A stretch of 64,000 bases of DNA from a virus (IMGVR_UViG_3300033067_000181:1-64000), one strand, 5' to 3'. Counted from the stretch's first letter, positions 35,717 through 45,529 are shown. The notes: generated by a model from the sequence alone, not told the origin. Translations and numbers: made by a program.

Positions 35717-36946
35717 ATGATTTTCAAAAAGCGGTTTTCGATCGCACACTACGATCAATTTCACGGCGAGTTTTCAAACACATATTACGAGATAATGAAA
35801 AATGCAGATCCAGTTTATCTGGAAAGTCTGCATGACATTTATTTCGGCAAGTACTTTTACTACGAATGGCAAGGCCAACAAAAGCGTGCCGGTAACCCAA
35901 TGGGTGTTGAAGCCAGCGACGAACAAATTGACTATTTGTTTAAGATACAAGAAGAGCTCGGTGTAGAAATTAGCCTAACATTCAACACTGTTGAAGTCCC
36001 TCACGAAATGGTGTGGGACGAAGAAATTAGAAATCAGTTTGTTGAATGGATTGGCAGTTACTACGACAGAGGTCTGCGTAGTTGTACAATGAGCAGCGAG
36101 CATATCTTGCGTATGGGTGTACTTCAGCAGAGATGCCCGGACATGCGTTGGAAAAGTACAGTTAACCAAATTGTTGCAGACGCACAGCAGTTTATTGATT
36201 ATGCGTATTTAGGTTACAACACTATTCTATTAGATCGCAGCTTGAACAGAAATATTCGAGAGCTAAAGCGTATTAAACGTGCTCAAGATTATTTAAATAG
36301 TCTTAACCCACAAAAGAAGTTAATGACTAGTTTACTAGTAGCAGAAGCATGCATTTACCATTGCCCATTTAAGAAAGAACACGACAGTGTTGGCGAAGTA
36401 ATTGGAACTAACTATTTCCGCGGACCAGCAGATCTAAGTTGCAATGGGTGGCGTGGCCACAATGAGTTTGCAGAATTGCCACGCTCTGGTATTAACCTTG
36501 TTGCAGGTCAAGCAGACACCTTTAAAGAGTTTGCTGACCTAGTTGATATTTTTAAATATTCAGGTCGTTTAACGACTCCTATGTTTAAAGCAGAAGATGC
36601 AAAACATATGAAAGCAGTGTGGTATTACGACAACATTAACAAGTTTAAACAGTCAGTATCCTTTGTTGGGCAAACAGTATATGCTGATAACTTTGATGAT
36701 GTCATTGAAAACAATTTAGGACCAGTGCATAACTGGATTCCTGGTTGGATTGACACACGATATACAAAAGATGATTGGCGCAAAACATATAAACCATACA
36801 CTGGCATCTGGGCAACAGATCCGGGTAAGCGTCTTGAAAAAATTCTACGCACATGTCGTAACCAGTGTTGGGACTGTCACGAGTGCGAACGCACATTTGG
36901 CATGCAAGATGTTGATAGTGCATTACAGTTAAGAAAGGTTGGATAA
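35717..36946 (+). CDS. Peptidase U32-like (Fe-S) family protein
   Basis: STVNQIV....F......GYNTILLDRSLNRN, EACIYHCPFKKEH, D.FKYSGR, and C-terminal CRNQCWDCHEC. Confidence 0.65.
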   Translation: MIFKKRFSIAHYDQFHGEFSNTYYEIMKNADPVYLESLHDIYFGKYFYYEWQGQQKRAGNPMGVEASDEQIDYLFKIQEELGVEISLTFNTVEVPHEMVWDEEIRNQFVEWIGSYYDRGLRSCTMSSEHILRMGVLQQRCPDMRWKSTVNQIVADAQQFIDYAYLGYNTILLDRSLNRNIRELKRIKRAQDYLNSLNPQKKLMTSLLVAEACIYHCPFKKEHDSVGEVIGTNYFRGPADLSCNGWRGHNEFAELPRSGINLVAGQADTFKEFADLVDIFKYSGRLTTPMFKAEDAKHMKAVWYYDNINKFKQSVSFVGQTVYADNFDDVIENNLGPVHNWIPGWIDTRYTKDDWRKTYKPYTGIWATDPGKRLEKILRTCRNQCWDCHECERTFGMQDVDSALQLRKVG

Positions 36947-38577
36947 TGCATCACAATGTAAAAAGTATTTGTATCGTTGGCGGGGGTAGTAGCGGGTGGA
37001 TGACGGCCGCAGCAATATCTAAGATGTTGCCTAATATTAAACTAACTCTAGTGGAGAGCCCCGGGATTCCAACAATCGGCGTAGGCGAAAGCACAATCGG
37101 GCACATTAATCAATTCCTAACAATGTTAGGCCTCAAAGATGAAGATTGGATGCCTCATTGTAATGCAACTTACAAAACCAGCATCAAGTTCATTGACTTT
37201 AGAGAAAATCCAACAGAACAGCCGCACAAGTTTCATTACCCGTTTGGTATCTTGGACTTCACAGACAAACCACGTGGCCCAATGGAATGGTTTTTAGCTA
37301 AGGCAGACGACCCATCTATACCCAATGAAAACTTTGCAGAGTTTTATCACGATGCTATCTTAATGACAGATGCAAACAAAATGACTCGTAATGAAGATTT
37401 TAAAGTCCGTGGATTTAATTTTACCAGCGACACAGCATACCATATGGATGCTGCGTTGTTTGGCGAATGGCTGCGTGACAATATGTGTTTACCTAAGGGC
37501 ATGACACATGTGTTAGAAACTGTTGATAAAGTTGTACAGCGTGAAGATGACAGCATCGAAAAGATTACAACCAAAGAAGGTACAAACATTTACGCCGACT
37601 TGTTCATTGATTGCAGTGGATTCCGTAGCATTTTATTAGACCAAACCCTAAACACACCGTTTATTAGCTTCCACGACACGCTGTTAAACGATAGGGCCGT
37701 TGCCACAGTTATTCCGTACATTGATAAAGAAAAAGAAATGGAAAACTACACATCATGCACAGCAATCGAAGCAGGATGGGTATGGAACATTCCGTTATGG
37801 CATCGTATTGGTACGGGATATGTATACAGTAGTAAGCATGCAACGGAAGAGGAAGCAGAAGCACAACTCCGAAAGCATTTAAAAAGCAATCGCATGATCT
37901 TCCCGGACGCAGAACGTGCAGACAATTGCGAAGTTCGCCATATTAAGATTAAACACGGAGTGCATGAACGTGCATGGGTTAAAAACGTAGTTGGTATTGG
38001 ACTTGCCAATGGGTTCATTGAGCCCCTGGAATCAACTGGCTTAATGTTAACTCACGAAGGCATTATAAAGTTGGTTAGTACCTTGCTAATGCGTAATGGC
38101 GTTGTTAGTAACTACGATGTTGATTTGTTTAACGTTGGATTCCAGGAACAGATTATTGGCTTTAAGGATTTTATTAGCCAACATTATGCGTTGAGCATGC
38201 GTAATGACACTCCGTACTGGAAAGAAGTGTCCGGGGACATATCATATTCAAGAACAATGTCCTCTATGTCGAGCTTGTCTGGTGTTTCAATACTTGATCA
38301 CGATGTTAGATCATCCTCGGACCTAAGTATGCGTATGCACCGGATTCGCAAGTTTGACAATAACATGGGCGGCATTATCTACATTGCAGCAGGCATGGGA
38401 TATAATCCAGTGGAGCCAAACTTCTTGCGTTATGAGGATAATAGAGTAGGCGAAAATCCCGAACTCAGACGCCAGGTATACGATAATTGGCTAAAGCATA
38501 GAGAAGAAGTTCTCAAGCACATAGACACGTTACCTACTCATTACGAGTTCCTTAGAGATAATATCCATAATAAATAG
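36946..38577 (+). CDS. Flavin-dependent tryptophan-halogenase (PrnA) family protein
   Basis: IVGGGSSGW, IGVGEST, FIDCSGF, intact WxWxIP (GWVWNIPL), and GFIEPLESTG motifs. Confidence 0.93.
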   Translation: MHHNVKSICIVGGGSSGWMTAAAISKMLPNIKLTLVESPGIPTIGVGESTIGHINQFLTMLGLKDEDWMPHCNATYKTSIKFIDFRENPTEQPHKFHYPFGILDFTDKPRGPMEWFLAKADDPSIPNENFAEFYHDAILMTDANKMTRNEDFKVRGFNFTSDTAYHMDAALFGEWLRDNMCLPKGMTHVLETVDKVVQREDDSIEKITTKEGTNIYADLFIDCSGFRSILLDQTLNTPFISFHDTLLNDRAVATVIPYIDKEKEMENYTSCTAIEAGWVWNIPLWHRIGTGYVYSSKHATEEEAEAQLRKHLKSNRMIFPDAERADNCEVRHIKIKHGVHERAWVKNVVGIGLANGFIEPLESTGLMLTHEGIIKLVSTLLMRNGVVSNYDVDLFNVGFQEQIIGFKDFISQHYALSMRNDTPYWKEVSGDISYSRTMSSMSSLSGVSILDHDVRSSSDLSMRMHRIRKFDNNMGGIIYIAAGMGYNPVEPNFLRYEDNRVGENPELRRQVYDNWLKHREEVLKHIDTLPTHYEFLRDNIHNK

Positions 38578-38582
38578 TAGAT

Positions 38583-39314
38583 ATGGCTATTAACACATTT
38601 TACAGATCCACCTACACTAGTGAAGAAGCAATATCCGGGCTAGTGTATCAACACAGTGAGTGGATTGAACATAGAACACGACTAAATCTAACAGATAATA
38701 GTTGGCCTTCTTACGGTAAGTGTGCAGTAGTTTTCGGAAACGGAATCAGCAGAAAAAAGTTTAATCCTTCTTTGTTAGTTAATAGACCTCTCAATGCTAT
38801 ACCACAAAAGGTTTTAAGAACTTACGGATGCAACTCAATTTATAAAGATTTCATTCCAGATTTTTTAGTAGCAACTAACAAAGATGTACTCTCAGACATC
38901 GAAGAGAATGGGATATTTTATAGAACACGTTTGTTTGTATCTAGATTCTTAAACCATTGGAATCATAATAGATACTACAACGTTCCGCAGGATCCGCCAT
39001 TTAATGCTGGCGCTATTGCTGCATACCTAGCAGCATTTGATGAACACAAAAAAGTATTCTTGTTAGGGTTTGACGGCATTGACGACCCTAACGCCAGCTA
39101 CAATCTGTATGACGGTGTACCGGGTTACCCTGATGCTCCCTACTCTGAAGAGTATTGGGTACGATCAATGATGGAAGTATTTACAGCATATCCTGATGTT
39201 GACTTTGTGAGAGTTATGCCAGAAGCAGGGGCTCGCATTCCTGAAACATGGAAGTATGCAGCAAACTTTAGACAGATTAACTATAACCAATTTGTTATAG
39301 AAGCTGATTTATAA
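38583..39314 (+). CDS. Sialyltransferase/Maf (DUF115)-like nucleotide-sugar-utilising protein
   Basis: CAVVFGNGISR, YGCN.IY, DFLVATN, and GAIAAYLA...VFLLGFD motifs. TAAATA lies 6 nt before the ATG. Confidence 0.55.
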   Translation: MAINTFYRSTYTSEEAISGLVYQHSEWIEHRTRLNLTDNSWPSYGKCAVVFGNGISRKKFNPSLLVNRPLNAIPQKVLRTYGCNSIYKDFIPDFLVATNKDVLSDIEENGIFYRTRLFVSRFLNHWNHNRYYNVPQDPPFNAGAIAAYLAAFDEHKKVFLLGFDGIDDPNASYNLYDGVPGYPDAPYSEEYWVRSMMEVFTAYPDVDFVRVMPEAGARIPETWKYAANFRQINYNQFVIEADL

Positions 39315-39731
39315 AATACCTTCTAACGTTTTAATCTTCTCTAGTACACTAGCAAAGTTAAAAGTTCTCCATACACCCGGATGCAATGGCTTCGGGTGAT
39401 CTTCTATGTGCGTCCAAGCATAGCCGCGATGCTCGTGATTTAGAGTTGGCACAAACTCATTGGGCACAGGTATAATGTAAGTGTGATATTCAAAGTGTGA
39501 GTTGTCACTAGTAAAGTGCTCTAGCGGAATTACTTTACTGTAAGTAACAGCGCCAATCTCCTCACGTATCTCTCTAGTCAGCCCTTGCATAGCTGTTTCG
39601 TTTGCTTCAACTTTACCGCCAACAAGCCCCCAATGGCCATTGTGCTTATTGCCATTACGCAGCAAGAACAAGTATCTTTTGGTTTGTTGACTATAAAATA
39701 GTACGCCTACGCCTACAGTATGATTGACCAT
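39309..39731 (-). CDS. Nudix hydrolase
   Basis: Nudix box GGKVEANETAMQGLTREIREEIG, plus LNHEH.GYAW. Confidence 0.92.
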   Translation of the reverse strand: MVNHTVGVGVLFYSQQTKRYLFLLRNGNKHNGHWGLVGGKVEANETAMQGLTREIREEIGAVTYSKVIPLEHFTSDNSHFEYHTYIIPVPNEFVPTLNHEHRGYAWTHIEDHPKPLHPGVWRTFNFASVLEKIKTLEGIL

Positions 39732-41080
39732 TCGCCTTCTCGATATACACCCTCAACTGACTTGGTCCACGCACCATTGGCCCATTTGTATTGGATGGTG
39801 GTGTTTAAGTTAGTTACGTATTCTAACTGAGAATGGCTAGCACTGTCAAGTACAACAGACCATGAAGATCCATTATATTCAATGATGTCATTTGCGTTAG
39901 CTGACAACCCGCCCCACACTCCAACATCTGCACCAACGTCATCTAAGATAAGGTAACGTGTGCCGCTAGCGGGAGTAGTAATGCCGCTATCAACTGCCAC
40001 AGACTGGGGGTTGATGATAGCATTAATTGGGGACAATGTATTTGCTGGTAATGTGTCTGAGTCCACAGTAAACAACATTACAGTAGGATCCGATGGATGG
40101 AATGCCACGGTACCAACTATCTCAGTACGTGTAGTATTGCCGGTGGTTTCGTCGTACTCGGCGCCAAGCTCAAGTCTAATTTGGCTAGTACCGTCACGTA
40201 AATGACCGTACACATCAATTAGACTGTGCCAGTCGTCGGCAGTGCCAATCTTCTCACCATCGGCATAAATCTCAGATGCTTTAATAAGTTTTAAGGTGTT
40301 GCCAACATAGATTACACCGTAGCCCATTGGCGTTAGCATCTTACGTGCAAGTAGATTGCTTTCCAATAATGAGTCTTCATTGATGTTACCATTTGCATCA
40401 AAAATACTTGTAACAACTTTCTGAATAACTCCGAGCTGTTTAACTTTAGCAGGGGCACTAATCCAAATTGGAATCTCAAAAGTCATTGTACAAATATCAA
40501 TTGGTTCCTCGCCACCTTGTGGTACGCTTCGGCTAGTCCAGTTAATGTCAGTTCTAGTTACAATAGTTAAACTAGTCCAGTCGATGTAGTTGTCAGTGCT
40601 TTGAATTTCCATGCTAGGATTAAACAACACACCTAGTTGCTCAATGAGCTGTAGCTTTTGTTCAGTGTTGCTGGTCCAAATGTCTAACTTAAGAGTTAGC
40701 TTGTATGGCACCGGCATCAAACGCTCAACGGTATATGCAGTGTCCTGAGTAGTACCGTATTCTCCGGTGTCCGGATCGTAACTGCGTTGACGTAGATTTA
40801 GTTTGCTTACGTGATAGGGTTCTTGCATACGACTTTGGTCGTACGACAAACCACTAATGTAAACAGCCATAGCAGGTACAGCATTTAAAGTACTCTCACT
40901 ATTACCACGCAAGATAGTTGCAGCTTGTCTGCTTGCATCACCGTAGTACACAGGAACACGTTGCAATGTTACGTTGCCATTGCGGTCCTTGCCGAACTCC
41001 ACTTGGAAGTTGCTCATCATTCTGATGAACTGTGTTAGAAATCGACGGATTTGACCATCGTAAAAGAAGGCTTGTGCCAT
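39713..41080 (-). CDS. gp15: Tail sheath stabiliser/terminator (T4 gp15-like) with a C-terminal extension
   Basis: FYDGQIRRF, VPVYYG, YDQSR, MPVPYKL...DIW....EQKLQLIEQ...FNP motifs. Confidence 0.8.
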   Translation of the reverse strand: MAQAFFYDGQIRRFLTQFIRMMSNFQVEFGKDRNGNVTLQRVPVYYGDASRQAATILRGNSESTLNAVPAMAVYISGLSYDQSRMQEPYHVSKLNLRQRSYDPDTGEYGTTQDTAYTVERLMPVPYKLTLKLDIWTSNTEQKLQLIEQLGVLFNPSMEIQSTDNYIDWTSLTIVTRTDINWTSRSVPQGGEEPIDICTMTFEIPIWISAPAKVKQLGVIQKVVTSIFDANGNINEDSLLESNLLARKMLTPMGYGVIYVGNTLKLIKASEIYADGEKIGTADDWHSLIDVYGHLRDGTSQIRLELGAEYDETTGNTTRTEIVGTVAFHPSDPTVMLFTVDSDTLPANTLSPINAIINPQSVAVDSGITTPASGTRYLILDDVGADVGVWGGLSANANDIIEYNGSSWSVVLDSASHSQLEYVTNLNTTIQYKWANGAWTKSVEGVYREGEWSIIL

Positions 41081-41604
41081 TAAATGGTCCCTTTTAATTT
41101 TTTACGATCGGCAATTTCTTGCATTCGTATTTTGTGTGCAGCTTTTGCGTCCTCAGACCATTTAGTTGATGGCTTTCCTTTTTTAGGATGTGGGGCGCTA
41201 AATTTGTATCCGCTCTTTTTATTAATAGTTTCAGTCCCGCCATTCTCTTCTCGACGTTTGGCATGCCTCTCTAGTTGAGCAACACGCATACGCTCAATGC
41301 TTTCTGGGCTATGTCTTTTATTTCCGCCAGCTTTGCGTATGTTGTACCCATTGTTAATTGAATCAAACTCATTAACATATTGTTCTTCTAATAGATTTAA
41401 TTCATCTAATGTTGTTGCAGTAGCAATAACATCAAATGTAAAACTATCAATTCCGTATTTGCGTAGGGCATTATGGAAATGATATTCCTTAGTGGAATAT
41501 TTTGAATGACTTAAATGCTCAGCTCTGCGTTGCAGAGGATCTTGGATAGTCTGCCCAATGTATGATTTACCATTTTCGGTATGAGTAAATTTGTAGATGT
41601 ACAT
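41080..41604 (-). CDS. Free-standing GIY-YIG homing endonuclease with a NUMOD3-like tail
   Basis: YIYKFT...GKSYIGQT, FHNALRKYG, GYN, and RHSPESIERMR motifs. It is inserted between the neck and tail-completion genes. Confidence 0.88.
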   Translation of the reverse strand: MYIYKFTHTENGKSYIGQTIQDPLQRRAEHLSHSKYSTKEYHFHNALRKYGIDSFTFDVIATATTLDELNLLEEQYVNEFDSINNGYNIRKAGGNKRHSPESIERMRVAQLERHAKRREENGGTETINKKSGYKFSAPHPKKGKPSTKWSEDAKAAHKIRMQEIADRKKLKGTI

Positions 41605-42704
41605 TAGTTATCCGCCGTTGGTCTTAGGATCTTGCTTAGACCTTGTAATGTAGTATGTGTGCCGCCACTGTTGTCAGTGTAAGTGCTAGTATCGTTAACA
41701 AAGCTGCTACGCAATGTTTGGTTATCTGTTGCACCATTTGTTAAGTTAGTGCGTACAGCATCTTCAATCTTAATCCAACGCTTGCCATCAAAACGGAACA
41801 AGCGATTTGGTACATAGTCAACCCGTAAGAAGTACTCGCCGTTGTCTGGGTGCGAAGGAAAGTTAATGCCTGTTGCAACCGGAATACTGTTTGGTCCTTT
41901 ACCATCACCAGTTAAGTAACCGTGTACTTTGTCCTCTGGGGTAGTTTCAGTACCGTCTGGAAGTGTGCTGCTCTTAATGTATAGGCCGCTAGTATCGTAA
42001 CCACTTTGTGGTACTGCCACTTCGGCTTGTGCAATGATAGCGTCATTGATGTTTTGGTACTTGCTGATAGTGCTTAACACATCTGCAATGCTTGAATTGG
42101 TATTGTTACCTGCTTTGATAGTATTCAAAATGTCTTTGTACTCTTGGCTATCAGTTAGAGGGTTTAACTTAACACGCCACAAGTGTGGGAACCATGTTGG
42201 GGTAAAGCCTTCGCTGGCAAACTGTGCATCACTACAAACAAAGAAGCGTTTTAATGCAACAGGAAGTTCAACGTCTAATGGGTTATAGTCGATCAAGTGT
42301 TGTAGCTCAAGTACATCACCGTTAATAATCTTACGGCCAATAGTGTCAATCATGTCGTTAATGTGAAACGTCATGAACAGTGTGCCGGTTTGTAGGAACA
42401 ATCCAAATTGACTTAGGTCAAAAGTGTTGTCGCTTACTTGGTAAATGCCACGCATTGTGTAAACATCACTATCGTACTTGCGATCACGGTTTTCCAAGAA
42501 CAATAAGTCCTGGATATTCATTTCACTTTGGTTTGTGTAAACAGGTTTTGTAGCGTCATTGCTTTCTGTTTGCTCAACTGGGCCCAAGTATTTGTGCAGC
42601 AGAATCCCGGTCCCGCCAATGGTATACATTTCGGATATACGTCTATCCAAAAATTTGTAATCGTTGCTGTGTCTGCCGTCTTTCCAAAGACTTAATCTAG
42701 CCAT
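41604..42704 (-). CDS. gp14: Neck/head-closure protein (T4 gp14-like)
   Basis: IQDLLFLENRDRKYD, DLSQFGLFL and GDVLEL motifs. It is adjacent to the gp15-like gene and has a TAAATA promoter at 42723-42728. Confidence 0.6.
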   Translation of the reverse strand: MARLSLWKDGRHSNDYKFLDRRISEMYTIGGTGILLHKYLGPVEQTESNDATKPVYTNQSEMNIQDLLFLENRDRKYDSDVYTMRGIYQVSDNTFDLSQFGLFLQTGTLFMTFHINDMIDTIGRKIINGDVLELQHLIDYNPLDVELPVALKRFFVCSDAQFASEGFTPTWFPHLWRVKLNPLTDSQEYKDILNTIKAGNNTNSSIADVLSTISKYQNINDAIIAQAEVAVPQSGYDTSGLYIKSSTLPDGTETTPEDKVHGYLTGDGKGPNSIPVATGINFPSHPDNGEYFLRVDYVPNRLFRFDGKRWIKIEDAVRTNLTNGATDNQTLRSSFVNDTSTYTDNSGGTHTTLQGLSKILRPTADN

Positions 42705-42732
42705 GTGTAGTCCCTAATGCAGTATTTATGGT

Positions 42733-42761
42733 TTGACGTTTAATCCGTTTTTATGTACAAT
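42733..42761 (+). promoter_or_regulatory. Sigma70-type (early) promoter
   Basis: TTGACG, a 17-nt spacer, then TACAAT. The ATG at 42768 sits at the expected +1 position. Confidence 0.7.
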
Positions 42762-42767
42762 GCAGGA

Positions 42768-43034
42768 ATGCCACTTACACACTTTCAAAACAAAGTAAAA
42801 TATGAGCGTTGCTTTGCAGAATTGCAGCAGCTAACGGACATACGTACTAAAAGCACCATGTGGAAGTTCTACAATTCAATGCGTAAGTATTGGACTGAGA
42901 TGGACAATGAGATGATTGAGTGTAGAAAACGTAGCAGAAAAACAACAAAATACCTTGAACTTGAGCAAAAGTTTAACGAAAGTATTACAGTTTTTGATCA
43001 ACACATGATTATTGCATGTTTGATGTACGTGTAG
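42768..43034 (+). CDS. Hypothetical protein
   Basis: Short helical ORF directly downstream of the sigma70 promoter. Confidence 0.65.
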   Translation: MPLTHFQNKVKYERCFAELQQLTDIRTKSTMWKFYNSMRKYWTEMDNEMIECRKRSRKTTKYLELEQKFNESITVFDQHMIIACLMYV

Positions 43035-43059
43035 CCCAAAAAGGTGCTACAATAAACAC

Positions 43060-43512
43060 ATGAACACACAAGTACACTTCCGCAGCAAGACTAAACGTGA
43101 ATTTATTGAGCAAGCTGTTGCAATTCTTGCACACGAGCTAAAGCTGGATAAACGAGACTTTGATCTTGATATTTGCGTTCGCAAAGGCTTGTCTAAAAAG
43201 GGCGGGTACGATGGCGCTGTGCAAAAACACGAAGCCGGCGGTTATGTGATGTTCATTGATTCTGCTCTTAAAGCAGACAAAATGATTCAGGTACTTGCAC
43301 ACGAAATGGTGCATTTAAAACAGTTTGTGTTGGGCCAACTACGTATTGATGTTGATGAATACGGGTTTGCTACTTACTACTGGATGGGCAAGCAAAACAC
43401 TGACAAGTATTTTGATCGCCCTTGGGAAATTGACGCTTGGGCAAAAGAACGCTTGCTGTCAATTGCAGTTGAGCGTAAACTCTGGGGCAACCCAGCTTTT
43501 GAACAGGCATAA
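43060..43512 (+). CDS. Zincin metallopeptidase-like protein
   Basis: LAHEMVH (HExxH) and a downstream PWEIDA Glu ligand. An extended -10 (TGcTACAAT) lies at 43045-43053. Confidence 0.75.
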   Translation: MNTQVHFRSKTKREFIEQAVAILAHELKLDKRDFDLDICVRKGLSKKGGYDGAVQKHEAGGYVMFIDSALKADKMIQVLAHEMVHLKQFVLGQLRIDVDEYGFATYYWMGKQNTDKYFDRPWEIDAWAKERLLSIAVERKLWGNPAFEQA

Positions 43513-43514
43513 AG

Positions 43515-43742
43515 ATGCATAAGATATATTGGACAGATAAAACAGGACGTGAGCACAGCTTATTTCGCACAGAGTTAGGAGAAGCATTAAACGTGGCTAA
43601 AGATGCCCGTGATGCAGGTGGATCCTTTGTTGTTATTGCAACAGAGAACCCTAACCAAGTTGGCAAAATGGGTGTAGACGACATTAAGGAAGGCGTACTG
43701 CCAGACGGTACTACTTACGATTGGAAGAAGCGCCGCATCTAA
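43515..43742 (+). CDS. Hypothetical protein
   Basis: 75-aa ORF tightly packed in the operon, ending YDWKKRR. Confidence 0.65.
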   Translation: MHKIYWTDKTGREHSLFRTELGEALNVAKDARDAGGSFVVIATENPNQVGKMGVDDIKEGVLPDGTTYDWKKRRI

Positions 43743-44125
43743 TGGAGCACAAACAAGTCATTGTAATGCGTAAGGATCTAAATATGCGTAAGGGCAAACT
43801 AGTTGCCCAAGGCGCACATGCATCTATGGGTGCAATTTTAGGACAAATGAGCAGAAACGGTGATACCCTAGTGCTTGATCTAAATGACAAGCGTTTAGAG
43901 CCGTGGGTAACTGGAAGATTTAAGAAGATTTGTGTTTATGTAAATAGTGAACAAGAATTAATAGATGTGTATAATGCAGCAAAAGCAGCAGGACTCATCT
44001 GTTCACTCATTGAGGATGCAGGACTCACAGAGTTTAATGGTGTAAAGACCTTAACCGCTGTAGGAGTTGGTCCAGACCGTGAAGATAAAATTAACGCGGT
44101 GACTGGACATCTACCACTTTACTAA
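43742..44125 (+). CDS. pth2: Peptidyl-tRNA hydrolase, Pth2 family
   Basis: KQVIVMRKDLNMRKGKLVAQGAHA, KKICV, DAGLTE, GVGP, and TGHLPLY motifs. Confidence 0.92.
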   Translation: MEHKQVIVMRKDLNMRKGKLVAQGAHASMGAILGQMSRNGDTLVLDLNDKRLEPWVTGRFKKICVYVNSEQELIDVYNAAKAAGLICSLIEDAGLTEFNGVKTLTAVGVGPDREDKINAVTGHLPLY

Positions 44126-44133
44126 GGAATAGT

Positions 44134-45306
44134 ATGGCTACCGTAGCCGGTATTAAGATTAAAACTAAAGCACCCCGTGAAAAGCGGGTTGCCTTCGCTG
44201 ACGAAAAGTATACAGGCGGCGAACCAGAATGGAATACAGAAGAAGCTCTAAAGTTTGATGACGCAACCTTTGATCATCACCTACGCCGCAGCTTCTACTA
44301 CTACAATTACCATTACAGTCAAAAGGATTGTAAGAAGCATGTGGTAGCTTGGGTGCAAAAGCCTGAGAACGAGTTTACTAAAGACGAGCTAAAAGCGTTT
44401 ATTCGCAGTAGCGACCGTTCGTTGAGCATGACTGCATGCAGTCTAGTAATGGCACACAAGCAGGGCATGCCACTTAAAGAGCGTCACATTGGCTTTTTGA
44501 AGGAAGCTATCCGCGAAGCTATTAGCACAGCAGAGCCAGAAGTAGAAGTGGTAGCAGAATCTGATGCTCCTAAAGCATACGTGCCCACTATTCAGGACCG
44601 TCTAAACGAAAAAACAAGCGAACTTCTAGGCGAACTAGAAGGCATGTTTGATGACGTAGTTGCAAACAAAGCAGAAAAGTTCAAGCCATACGATTGGCTA
44701 ACTGCAAACAACGTGGTACAAAGCCAGCTGGGGAAATATGAAGGACTATTCAGCAAGCGTAAAGACGAACTACTACTCGCACAGTCTAAGAAAGACGAGC
44801 AGGTACGAGAAGGCTACAGCTATCTTAAAACTGCTGACTTCAAACGAATTGTTTCCTGGATCGACGAGCTACTATCAGCGGTTGACCAATACCGAGGAGT
44901 TAAAAAGGCTACGAAAAAAGCTAGAGTCAAGAAGGCTCCTAGCAAAGAAAAGTTGGTTGCAAAGCTCAAGTACGCAAAAACTGACCCAGGACTTAAAATC
45001 GTCTCAATCAATCCTGCAGACATTATTGGCTCAAGTGAACTCTGGGTGTATAACACTAAGACGCGAAAACTTGGAAAGTATGTGGCAGCAAGCTACCAGA
45101 CACTTTCAATCAAAGGGACGAGCATTGCGGGGTTCGACACAGACAAGTCCATTAGTAAAACTCTACGAAAGCCGGACGAAAAGCTCAAGGAGTTTGCAAA
45201 AGCCGGAAAGATACAGCTTCGCAAATTTATTGAAGACATTAAAGCAACGGAAACTAAACTAAATGGTCGGATCAGTGAAGACGTTGTCCTACTTAGAACC
45301 GCCTAA
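44134..45306 (+). CDS. Hypothetical protein resembling a family common in T4-like phages
   Basis: 390-aa ORF with a C-terminal NPADIIGSSELWVYNTKTRKL...IKGTSI.GFD...KTLRKP pattern. Confidence 0.8.
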   Translation: MATVAGIKIKTKAPREKRVAFADEKYTGGEPEWNTEEALKFDDATFDHHLRRSFYYYNYHYSQKDCKKHVVAWVQKPENEFTKDELKAFIRSSDRSLSMTACSLVMAHKQGMPLKERHIGFLKEAIREAISTAEPEVEVVAESDAPKAYVPTIQDRLNEKTSELLGELEGMFDDVVANKAEKFKPYDWLTANNVVQSQLGKYEGLFSKRKDELLLAQSKKDEQVREGYSYLKTADFKRIVSWIDELLSAVDQYRGVKKATKKARVKKAPSKEKLVAKLKYAKTDPGLKIVSINPADIIGSSELWVYNTKTRKLGKYVAASYQTLSIKGTSIAGFDTDKSISKTLRKPDEKLKEFAKAGKIQLRKFIEDIKATETKLNGRISEDVVLLRTA

Positions 45307-45529
45307 TACTAAGCCCGAGTTCACGTCACGCTTGGAACGCGAGTGCGAGTGGATAGCCAACAAGATTAACCAAATCACGTTGACTAAACTGCCCAAACGT
45401 CCCGGCGCTGTAGCAGAGATTCGGGACTTAGAACGGCAGCTACGGCATCGTGAGCTTGAGCTAGCATACAAAGGCCCCGAGTGGGCCAAGTATGAGAAGT
45501 ACGGTATTTGGGAAAGCCTAAGTAGATAA
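45263..45529 (+). CDS. Hypothetical protein (start uncertain)
   Basis: Fills the gap before the hairpin at 45528 and overlaps the upstream gene by 44 nt. Confidence 0.45.
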   Translation: MVGSVKTLSYLEPPNTKPEFTSRLERECEWIANKINQITLTKLPKRPGAVAEIRDLERQLRHRELELAYKGPEWAKYEKYGIWESLSR

